From: Octopus vulgaris
Taxonomy: Eukaryota
Reading direction: 5' to 3'
DNA length: 64,000 bases
Assembly: GCA_951406725.2 (NCBI GenBank)
Contig: OX597815.1
Coordinates: forward strand, 123,132,001 to 123,196,000
Below the pieces are notes generated by a model. That model saw nothing but the letters and a program-made list of their open reading frames with translations, was not told the DNA's origin and made no database searches. The stretch's first letter is position 1; each line of letters begins with the position of its first letter. Of the stretch, positions 13,658 through 24,085 are shown piece after piece. Both the position numbers and the translations under genes were made by a program.

Positions 13658-13795
13658 AATAAGAAAATATGACAAAAGAATAAACAATTATCTTATAAAC
13701 TTCATTAGCTTACAGCTGTTTCTGCTATAAGATGCAGTGGACTCATAGTTGTATGCTTGAGTATCATTGTATAGCTTCATCGGAGCTTTGAACAT
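13658..13795 (-). mobile_element. Penelope-like element pLTR fragment with minimal hammerhead-ribozyme motif (copy 2)
   Basis: Minus strand: AGCT-CCGATGA-AGCTATA..(ACTCA..TGAGT)..TATAGCA-GAAAC-AGCT-GTA-AGCT. Confidence 0.65.
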
Positions 13796-14129
13796 GAAGT
13801 GCATGCACATGCATACTCACACACACGGTGGAAGCTAATAGTTTATTGTGGTGACATTAGGGTGCTAGTTAATGGTGATGGTTTTTATAAGGAGTTGATG
13901 CTGAACAGCACATTTATTTTTGTAAGGTAAAATTTAACAAAAAATATTGATTTAACACAACCACCATCACAAACAGTGAATAAACATCATCATCATCAGT
14001 ATGATCACCACTGACACCATTTACCATTTTCATCTCTTATTTTCTGTTCTTTTTTCTCTGGCTTGCTCTTTCACTCTTTTGTTTGAGTTACTGCCCTTTA
14101 GCATGATGCAAAAGGTAGATAGGAACATA

Positions 14130-14983
14130 CTATTGTATTGATAAATAGAATACCCAGGGTAAAGTTCAGAAACCTCCTACCTCTGCTGGTAACGAAGGTC
14201 CTCTCACTCAGAGTGAAAGGTAGGCTGTTTGATGCATGTGTGCATATAGCTATGCTACATGGCAGTGAAACATGGGCCATGACTGTTGAGGACATACATA
14301 GGCTTGAAAGAAATGAAGCTAGTATGATCCACTGGATGTGTAAAGTCAGTGTGCATACATGACAAGGTGTAAGCACCCTGAGAGAGATGTTGAACATAAG
14401 AAGCATCAGATGTGGTGTGCAAGAGATACAACTGTGCTGGTATGGTCATGTGCTGCGTATGGATGAGGAGAGCTGTGTGAAGAAGTGTCACACTCTAACA
14501 GTGAAGGAATCCGTGGAAGAGGCAGACCTAGGAAGACATGGGATGAGGTGGTGAAGCACGACCTTTGAATGTTGGGCCTCACTGAGGCAATGACAAGAGA
14601 CCGAGACCTTTAGAGATATGCTGTGATTGAGAAGACCTGGCAAATAAAGTGAGATCACAGCCATGGCCGATACCAGAGTCACATAACTATTCATGCGTAG
14701 GTCAATTTTAGTGCAGCCTGATTGGCTCCCCATGCCGGTGGTATGTAAAAAGCACCATCCGAACATGGTTGATGCCAGTGCTGCCTGACTGGCTCCCGTG
14801 CTGGTGGCATATAAAAAGCACCCACTACACTCTCAGATTGGTTGGTGTTAGGAAGGGCAACCAGCTGTAGATACCTTGCCAGATCAGACTGGAGCCTGGC
14901 ACAGCCTACTGGTTTGCCAGTCCTCATTGAAACTGTCCAACCCATGCCAGCATGGAAAACAGACATTAAACGATGATGATGAT
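14130..14983 (+). mobile_element. RTE LINE 3' fragment (ORF C-terminus, 3' UTR, (GAT)n tail)
   Basis: KGRLFDACVHIAMLHGSETW, RLCWYGHVLRM and RGRGRPRKTW are RTE C-terminal motifs. Ends in gatgatgatgat. Confidence 0.88.
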
Positions 14984-14997
14984 ATGAAATATATATT

Positions 14998-15200
14998 CAT
15001 CGTCATGATCATTTAACATCTGTTTTCCATGTTGGCATGGGTTGGATGGTTTGACAGGAGCTGGCAAGCTGGAGATCTGCACCAGGTTCCATTGTCTGTT
15101 TTGACATGGTTTCTATAGCTGGATGTTCTTCCTAACACCAACCATTTTACAGAGTGTACTGAGTACTTATTATGTGACACTGATACCAGCAGGATTGCCA
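14998..15200 (-). mobile_element. RTE-derived 3' end/SINE in inverted orientation
   Basis: Reverse complement of the 3' UTR at ~14800-14983. Confidence 0.8.
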
Positions 15201-15930
15201 AGTGACTTGTGAGATGAATAAAGCTGTGCTCGGTGAGAGGTTCGAGGGATAGAGATAGGTGTCTTAATATGGAGGAGATACTTGGATACTCCAATTGGAA
15301 AAGAGAGGAAAAGGAGAGACAGAGTTAGAGAGAAAGATAGGTTGACAGTTAGAGAGAGAGAAAAATAAATGCATTGGGACCTACCCTACTGAAGAGCAGG
15401 GGGAGTATAAGTGGTACAGAGGGGATAGAGGGGGATGTTCCATGAGAGTGTGAAGGGAGATGTTTTGAGATGGGGAAGAGGTAACTGCAGCAAGTAATGG
15501 CGAGAGAAAGAGAGAAATGTAAAATACATGGAAGATTTCTTTAAATGTGCTGTAAGTCATCATAATTCATTTAATTTACTTTCTACTGCTTATTTGTGTG
15601 AAATGATTTTTCCATTTGATATACATTTTAGAATGGTTCTAAATGATTATATAAAAACAATGTATTAAGGTAATTTTCCTTTGTAGCAGAGTATGCTAAA
15701 GTTATCCACAAATAATTTTGGTTATGTATTTTGAAAATATTGAAATAAAATTCTCTACTTAACTTTGTTATTAGTGAAGATTTGTTATTTCATACATTAA
15801 GAACCATTTGATCAATTTGAAAGATTACTCTGTTAGTTTCTTTATAAATCTGAGCGTTAATTATTTGTATGGAATGCTCTAAATCTTATGAGTATGTTTT
15901 TAATAAATATTTTTTAAATGTCTTTTCTAG

Positions 15931-16130
15931 CAAATTAATGACTCATCTGTTGTGATGAGTTTATTTGAATCACATTTATGGGACAACTCACAATCAATAG
16001 AAAAACTCCTAACATATTTCCCTGCAATTGAATCAAAAGACACAAGAGGCAAAACTGTATACGACTTTCCTAATAAATATTTTATCATGTTTCAAGAAGG
16101 CACACCTTATGCTAATGACAAATTTCTCAA
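15931..16130 (+). CDS. PTGES2: PTGES2 coding exon 3
   Basis: QINDSSVVMS..YFP..NKYFIMF. Bounded by ttctag| and |gtaagt, phase 0/2. Confidence 0.95.
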
Positions 16131-16789
16131 GTAAGTTCATTTGAATGTGGTTTCATCAAATTTGGTTCGTTAAATATTTTTGTTTTTTAGAAATCCATTC
16201 ACAGAGTTGTTGGAGTGTTGAATGGATCAAATATCTTGTGGTATTTGTCGACTCCCTGTACTGAGTCCAAATCCCACTGAGGTCAACTTTACCTTTCATC
16301 ATTTTGGGGTTAATAAAAAAAAGTACCAATCTAGGATGGTTGATGACAGAATTGTTAGTGGGGTGAGCATGATGTCTTATATATTTGTTGTTCTGGGTCT
16401 CTGCATTCTGGCCAGCAACACATGCAATGAAACTGGTGCCAAAACTATTGACTCAAGTTGATGACCTTTCCATTGGATAATATTGGATTCAAATTTTGGT
16501 ACAAGGTAAACAATTTTGGAGGAGGAGTTGATTTCATCGACCCCAGTGCTTGGTTGGTATTTATTTATTTTATTGACCTCAAAAGGATGAAAAGGCAAAG
16601 TTGACCTTGGCAGAATTTGAATTCACAACATAAAGACACATGAAATGCCACAAAAGATCTCATCCAGTGTGTTAATGTAGAATAGTCTGTTTTGTTTTGT
16701 TGATGACAGTGTGTGTGTGTTGAATATGTTATGTTCTGTTATAACTTATGTTAGAAGGAATATGAAACTGTAAGGCTGCTGGTTGTAAG

Positions 16790-17165
16790 CGTGTCACTGC
16801 TCTGAAGACTTTATGTTTTGTTATTACGAGCTGTGATAGATCTAAAGTTCAATGTGACACTGTTAACTCTATGTTGTTGCACTGCTATCTGTGTGTTGAG
16901 TTTCCACTGTGAGAACTGTAATGGCTGTGTGTTGGCTAATAATAGCACTGCTGTATGAGCTTGATGGTTGTCATGTCACTGCTATGTGAACTGTAATGAT
17001 TGTTGTGTCAGAGCTGTGAGAAAGCTGTTGTGTTACTGCTGTGTGAGTTGAGGGCTCTTGTGTCAACTACTGCCCAAGCTGTAATGCCTGGTAACATGAT
17101 AGCCATTAAGCACTGTATGTGATTAATGGCTATCATGTCACCACTGTGTGGGCTGTAATGACTAT
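16790..17165. repeat. Degenerate ~31-bp minisatellite
   Basis: Recurring unit approximating gtcactgctgtgtgagctgtaatggctgttgt. Confidence 0.6.
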
Positions 17166-17797
17166 TCTGCCTCTGTTATCAGCAACTAGATATGCTTGCT
17201 GATGTTATGTCATACTGATTGCTGATTGGTTAAAAATACAGATTAATTTGTCCAATTGAATTAATCCATAGGCAGGACTTCCCATTGCTGGCACACCAGT
17301 AATATAGTTTACCTTTATCAAGAGAGTTCACTATAGGTCATTTAAATAGTAATAGATTTATTTATTATCTTTTTAAAATTGAATTTCAAAATGTTTTTGA
17401 ATAAAATTATGACATTCTGCATTTTTGAATTTTCTTTTACTTGCTTTTAATTTTGCATATTTTAAATGAATACTTAAATTTCTCTTTCTGTAGTATATTC
17501 AATTATGAATACCATAAGGATTTTATGGAGAGTACTAGGTCTATCCCAAAAGAAACCAAACATTTAAAAAAACAAATTTATTGCTTTACGTACAGTTTAA
17601 TCAGATTTTTCTCTTTAGAAATACAACTTGAGTTTTTCCTTCATTTCTTGGCATTTATCTAATTTTGAATTTCAGTTCTAATCTCTTTTAGACATCATTT
17701 CTCAAAAAAAAAAAATCATTTTTGCTTTCATCTTTCCACTCCATTCTATTTATCTTTGACTATTGGTTATACTGACAATATAAAATATATATTTCAG

Positions 17798-18010
17798 AAA
17801 GGAACGTAAGTGGCGCAAATGGGTAGATGACCGCCTTGTCCATACATTGTCTCCCAATGTTTACCGCACACCTTCTGAAGCTCTTCAGGCTTTTAAATAT
17901 TTTGAAAATGTTGGTGACTGGGGAAATAATTTCTCAAAGTTTGAGTGTTTCTTTATTGTACATATTGGAGCTGCTGCCATGTATTTTGTTGCCAAGATGT
18001 TAAAGAAAAA
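17798..18010 (+). CDS. PTGES2: PTGES2 coding exon 4
   Basis: ERKWRKWVDDRLVHTLSPNVYRTPSEALQAF..GAAAMYFVAKMLKK. Bounded by ttcag| and |gtaagt. Not in the ORF track. Confidence 0.97.
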
Positions 18011-18674
18011 GTAAGTAGTAACATTTTCAACTTCCATTTTAAAGAGATGCTTTCAGATTTTTGTCAAATTAATTTCATTATTATTGTTTTTCCATTGCTG
18101 GTGTGAGTTAGACAAAACTTATTGAGATAGATTTTCAACAGCTGAATGTTTTACAAGTAAGGTATTTTTTCATTCCACCAGCCTTTACTTGTTCACTGAA
18201 CATTTGTTTAATGGAAAAAGTAAACAATGTCACTGTCTTTCACATGTTATAATATCAACATGTGGAATGGATTATTCATACTTTCACATACACGCACTAC
18301 TGCTCTTTCGATGTCTTTATTCTGGGTTAACGCACAGTAATAAATAAGATTTATTTAGAAAATAAAATGAATAAATGCCAAGTAAGTGTGATGTTTAATT
18401 TTTGGTGCTTTATTGAATTCTAAAATATGACATATTACCCTGTTTGTCTCAACCTAACGACTGAAGCTCTGTCTAAAGGTCACCACTTGTGTCCTTGTTA
18501 AGCTTCAGGTTAACTCTGATGCTATAGAACTATAATAAAAAAGCATTTCAGCTATGAACATTTCATCAATGTGTCCCTTATGGATACACTGACAAGATGA
18601 TTATGGGGAATTAGTTACTACGGCTTGTAAGTGGAGAAACTCATTTGACTTGCAGTCACTGTTGTAGGAAGAGT

Positions 18675-18832
18675 ATGGCTATGTGGTTGAGAAGTTCACT
18701 TCATTAGCAGATGGTGTTGTATTCAGTGCCATTGCATGGCACCTTGGGCAAATGTCTTCTACCATAGCTCCAGATTGACCCAAGTTTTGTAATCAGATTT
18801 GACAGATGAAAAGTAAAAGAAGCTTGTCGTAG
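18675..18832 (+). mobile_element. tRNA-derived octopus SINE (CORE-like; other copies ~11210-11340 +, 21400-21550 -, 24740-24870 -, 25345-25495 -, 59590-59750 +)
   Basis: Shared motif ggcaccttgggcaa(a/g)tgtcttctac..atagc..ttgtgagtggatttg. Confidence 0.7.
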
Positions 18833-19133
18833 TGTGTTTACATTTTCTAAAGTTCACTTCAGAAAATGTAAACAAAATCACATGCAATAGGAAATCGCTG
18901 AAATACAAGTGGTGACATTGTTGTCATTTCTCCTGTCAACAAACCAGCCATTCTGTGCCTTCTGAGACATGTGGAATAAGAGAGCCTTTAAAAAACATTC
19001 AAGGGCATCCAGTATATATTCATCTAACCCAGAGGTTCTCAAACTTTTTGGGCCACTGCCCCTCATGACCATGTAATACCCTCAGCACCCCCATCCCTAT
19101 TTTTATGTATAAATAAATATTTTATTAATTTAT

Positions 19134-20175
19134 ATGTGCTGCGGATGGATGAGGAGAGATGTGTGAAGAAGTGCCACTCCCAAACAGTTGAAGGTATCAG
19201 GGGGAGAGGTAGACCCAGGAAGACATGGGATGAGGTAGTCAAGCATGACCTCAGAGCGTTGGGCCTCACTGAGGCAATGGCGAATGACCGAGATCTCTGG
19301 AGATATGCTGTGACTGCAAAGACCCGGGCTACTTCCTGCATCAGTTCCGCATAGCCCCTGCCCATTCAAAGTACCCCGGATCCCAGAACGTCCCGCTGTG
19401 CTTGAGGAGACCTGTTGAGTCAAGTACATGCTGTGACTGCAAAGACCCGGGCTGCTTCCTGCATCAGTTCCGCATAGCCCCTGCCCATTCAAAGTACCCC
19501 GGATCCCAGAACGTCCCGCTGTGCTTGAGGAGACCTGTTGAGTCAAGTACATGCTGTGACTGCAAAGACCCGGGCTGCTTCCTGCATCAGTTCCGCATAG
19601 CCCCTGCCCATTCAAAGTACCCCGGATCCCAGAACGTCCCGCTGTGCTTGAGGAGACCTGTTGAGTCAAGTACATGAACATGAACGTCGAAATAAATATC
19701 AATGGAAATAGTAGTTGTGATGCCTGTGCCGGTGGCACATAAAAAGCACTATCCGAACGTGGCTGATGCCAGCGCCGCCCCGACTGGCTTCTGTACCGGT
19801 GGCGCATAAAAAGCACCATCCGAACGTGGCCGATGCCAGCGCTGCCCCGACTGGCTCCTGTGCCGGTGGCACATAAAAAGACCATCCGAACGTTGCCAGC
19901 GTCGCCTTGGCTGGCTTCCATGCTGCTGGCACGTTAAAAGCTCCAACCGATCGTGACCGATGCCGGACCCCCCCCCTGGCACCTGTGCAGGTGGCACGTA
20001 AAAAGCACCCACTACACTCGCGGAGTGGTTGGCGTTAGGAAGGGCATCCAGTCGTAGAAACTCTGCCAGATCAGACTGGAGCCTGGAGCAGCCCCTGGCT
20101 TCCCAGACCCCGGTCGAACCGTCCAACCCGTGCTAGCGCGGAAAATAGACATTAAACGATGATGATGATGATGAT
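19134..20175 (+). mobile_element. Young RTE LINE 3' fragment with internal tandem repeats
   Basis: VLRMDEERCVKKC..RGRGRPRKTWDEVV..DRDLWR. CpG-rich 3' UTR with a (GAT)n tail. Confidence 0.9.
19305..19673. repeat. 3 x 123-bp near-perfect tandem repeat
   Basis: Units start at 19305, 19428 and 19551, with one substitution in unit 1. Confidence 0.95.
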
Positions 20176-20617
20176 ACTATGAATCATTTGATATTTAATA
20201 TATTGTAATTTGTATACAATACTATAATATTATAATAAATTCATAGCGTCCCCCAATGCCTCCTTTTTCTCTACCACACCCCCATCGCCCACCTGGACCA
20301 TCTCAATGCCCACCGGGAGGCAGTAGCGCCCACTTTGGGAACCTATGCTACTGTGGGAAAACAGACATAAAACAAATGAATATATATATTAGTAGAACCA
20401 TCCAGATCTACTTCTTGTAGCAATGTTGTAACAAAGCATTTATTTGCTTACAGGATCAAGAAAAATATCAGTGCTAATCATATTTGTATTGGTTTTTACC
20501 TGTGCTGTGTTGTGCGCACTGTAATTATTAGTTACCTGTCAGTTCTTCTATGATGATCAGGATATAAAAGTTTTTGACCATTTCTTTTGATGAATTATTG
20601 CTAATTTATACTTACAG

Positions 20618-20732
20618 ACACAAGCTTCATGATGATGTACGCTTTTCCTTATATGAAGCCTGTCGAGAATGGAACAATGCCTTACAGAAAGAGCCATTCA
20701 TGGGAGGAAATTCTCCAAATTTAGCAGATTTA
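20618..20732 (+). CDS. PTGES2: PTGES2 coding exon 5
   Basis: HKLHDDVRFSLYEACREW..PFMGGNSPNLADL. Bounded by tacag| and |gtgagt. Confidence 0.96.
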
Positions 20733-22503
20733 GTGAGTATTGTTAATTACATCAGAACTTTGGATTGTATGCTAATTTGATTATGAGCCATGTTTTCCTA
20801 TTTTGTGAGTGGAGTGTTTTGATTCAAAGATATTCATTACATATTCTGCAACACAGGTGTAACTTAGCTTTTAGTAACTTTTGCCAACAAAGAGACAAAC
20901 AGAAAGGCCAGTGGTGCTTTATCTTACAGAATTTTCATAATAGAAGATTAAAGTGGTTAGGTTATATAGCAAAAATGAAATCTCTGGGATTTTCTAGGGA
21001 AAAGGTGTAGTTAGTTTATGACATGGTAACATACTGTGACCTAAGTTCTACAAGTGGCTGCACAGGATGAGGATGATAAGCTTGAGATCAATGTCAATTA
21101 AAAAAACATAGTGTGAAGCTGTGGTCCTGTTGCAATAATTATATCAATGGAACAATAATGATTTCTAACAGACACATCGTCATTGTTGTTTTGCACAAGT
21201 CAGATAATTCATTGGGATAGATTTTTCTGTAGCCAGATGTCCTTCTTATCACCAACACCCACCTGTTTCCAAGCAAGGTAATATTTTCCCCATGGCTAGA
21301 CATGTTTTTCATGGAATATTAGAAATGAATGACATTGCCTGTATAACAATGATGTTACTATACAACCATCAAGCAATACGCGTACATACATGACAAACTT
21401 ATTTCAGTTTCTTTCTACCATATCCACTCAGAAAACTTTGTTTGGCGCAAGGCCTATAGTAGAAGTCATTTACCCAAAGTGCTATGCTGTTGGACTGAAC
21501 CCAAAGCCATGTGGTTGGAAAGCAAAGTTCTTAACCACATACCCATGCCTGTACCTATATTGTGTCTGGCAAGATATTTGTGGAGAAGGAAAATCTGGTT
21601 TTATCAATCACCAGTACTTGATGAACAGTTTAGAGTTGGGAAACAAGTTGAGGGAATTTTGAAGGTTAGAGTACCAGTCAGAAAAACAGGTCTATGATGA
21701 TACAAACTGGTGTAGAAAATCAGAATGACAATAGATTTAGCTTTGATATAGGAGGAATGCAAAAACCAGATGATTATGTTTAATGAAGTCACCAAGAAGG
21801 ATGACTTCAGACAGAAGTGATACACACACACTCACTCACTACAGCAGAATAAGAGATAGTATGACGACTGCTGGTGTTGGAGGAAGTTGTAGATATAGCA
21901 GATGAACATAGAGGAATGAAGACAAGAGACTGAGCCAGAATCACTGTTAGCTTTTGTTTCAGAGGAAAGTTTGAATGTAAAGTGTGACAGGTCACCAGAG
22001 ATGGGATTCAGATTCTGTCTCAGAGAAGAGCAAGATGGTGGAAATAGTTGAGAAGTTTTATTTTCATTTTCTTTCATCACCAGTGCTTTTGAAAAACATG
22101 ACTATAACAATATTTATTTCTCTTTCCAAAATTCTGCCCAAGTGGCCGTCGAAACTAGTTCAGTGCATTCTCCTCAGTACACCAGCAAATCATTAAAGAA
22201 AGTAGAATCTTGTAACAAACATTATGTAAATAACAGTACTGTGAATAAATTTTATTCATTAGTTGTTGTTTAAGCAGATGTTAGTCTTATTGAGCATACC
22301 TATAATCAAAAGTATTCTATGACCATCTCATCTTTTTCCAAGTCAGACTGCTATTTCCAGCAGACTGAATGGCCATAGAAAGACTCCTTTTTTTATTCAG
22401 TTTTGTAAAATATCAGTTTCTAATCTACCTCTTTTTGGTAGTCGAAATTGTCATTTTCTTAAATTCCAACTGTGTTCTTACCTGTGAATTATCAATCTTT
22501 CAT

Positions 22504-22712
22504 TTAACCCTTTTAATCTGGCCATATCTCACTCAAATATTGTTTTTCTTTTTTTGTTAAAACCAACCAAATCCAACCTCTCACACCTACCCTACAATGT
22601 CATTCTAAAAATATACAAACACCGTTGAAATCTTGATAATGCATGATTAATTCAAAACAATGAATCAATAAGCAATACATTTGACAAAGAAATCTGAATG
22701 CTGAAGGGTTAA
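22504..22712. mobile_element. piggyBac-like MITE (related copy ~24238-24471)
   Basis: TTAA-CCCTT ... AAGGG-TTAA ends. Internal sequence is shared with 24300-24471. Confidence 0.65.
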
Positions 22713-22821
22713 AGAAACTTGACATTCAAGGCAACTTTTAATTTGAATCTAGATATCTATTATTTTCTTTGTTTTGCTTTTTTATACATTAATTTAAATA
22801 TTTTTTACTTCAATTTTTCAG

Positions 22822-22971
22822 TCGGCTTATGGTGTTTTGAGCTCAATTGAAGGATGTACAGCATTTCAAGACTTGCTTGAACACACGAAAATAGGTAAAT
22901 GGTATTATAGAACCAAAGAAGCTGTTATTAATCACAAAGGAATTGGCTTACAAGACCAATTTAGAGAATAA
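22822..22971 (+). CDS. PTGES2: PTGES2 coding exon 6 (terminal)
   Basis: SAYGVLSSIEGCTAFQDLLEHTKIGKWYYRTKEAV..TAA at 22969-22971. Confidence 0.95.
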   Translation, partial: SAYGVLSSIEGCTAFQDLLEHTKIGKWYYRTKEAVINHKGIGLQDQFRE

Positions 22972-23654
22972 CTTTGAAGAAACTAGCTGTTTTCAAAATT
23001 TCTAAACACAGAATTTTAGATTTCTGGATTAAACAGACACAGAACCTTTTTTTTTTTTAATAAAACAGAAAAGTTTGTTAATATATTTGAACATTTTTGA
23101 ACATTTGGCTTGTTTTTCATTCAGAGATAATTTCTCAAATAAAAGGAAAATGTTATAGCCATACATTTTTATGTTCTACATTCTAATTACTTGATATATT
23201 TTTGTAATCTGTTAATGATAGGAACTGATGGTATATAATAGCTGAAAGGTTAATATGCTGGATTCATGGCTCTTGAATTATGGATATCTTATTCCAGTTT
23301 GCTATAATATTTCAGCTGGAATATAAGACACCTGGGATCTACTTCCTTGAGTTATGTACTTAATACAGGTTAGTCTACATTACTCCTTAAGGAACATAGG
23401 GCCAGTTTCCTGATCTCTCCAGCATATATATATTCCTCCTTAGATGGTACACTGATCCATGGCAGGATTACTTATTTTTACCAGTTGAGTTGACTGCAGC
23501 TATGTGAAATGAAGTTCTTTTGCTCAACACAATGCATCGCCCAGTACAGGAATTGAAACCATAATCTTACAATCACAAATCCAACACCCTAACCACTAAG
23601 TCATGTATCTCTACTTGCTTAAAATAGCATCATTCAATTATTATTGTTGTCTAA

Positions 23655-24085
23655 TGTGACAAACTGGTAGAATAAGATAAAATGCTTAGAAGCATTTTTC
23701 CTATTCATTATGTTCCAAGTTCAAATCCTGCCAAGGTCCACTTTGCCTTTCATTTTTTGGGGGTTGATAAAATAAGTATCAGTTGAATATTAGGGTTGAT
23801 GTAATCAACTTACCCCCTCCCCTAAAACTGCTGGCCGTGTGCCAACATTTGAAATCATTATTGTGAACTCTAAAGCAGTAAGCTGGCAAAATTGTTAGTG
23901 CATCAGGAAAATGTTTAGTGGCATTTCTTCTAACTTTTTACATGGAGTTCAAGTTCTGCCATAGCTGACTTTGCCTTTCATCCTTTTGGGGTTGATAAAA
24001 TGAAGTACCAGTCAAGTACAACAGTTAATGTAATTGAATTGTCCCCACAAATTGCTAGTTTTGTGCTAAAATTAGAAATAATTAC
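23655..24085 (+). mobile_element. Two tandem tRNA-derived SINEs with Meta/MESC-like core (also tandem pair ~29400-29730)
   Basis: Each unit has gttcaaat..gactttgcctttcatcctt..ggggttgataaaat.agtaccag. Family naming is from recollection. Confidence 0.7.

Larger units (their letters stand above)
19030..20347. mobile_element. hAT (Charlie-like) MITE interrupted by an RTE insertion
   Basis: Ends cagaggttctcaaact / actttgggaacctatg are inverted repeats flanking the RTE fragment. Confidence 0.6.

Noticed and set aside
19130-19921. 263-aa minus-strand ORF with repeats
   Set aside because: Antisense to an RTE fragment; the open frame results from the 123-bp triplication.
19305-20012. Tandem arrays as a CRISPR-like locus
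   Set aside because: No unique spacers, no cas genes, eukaryotic TE context.
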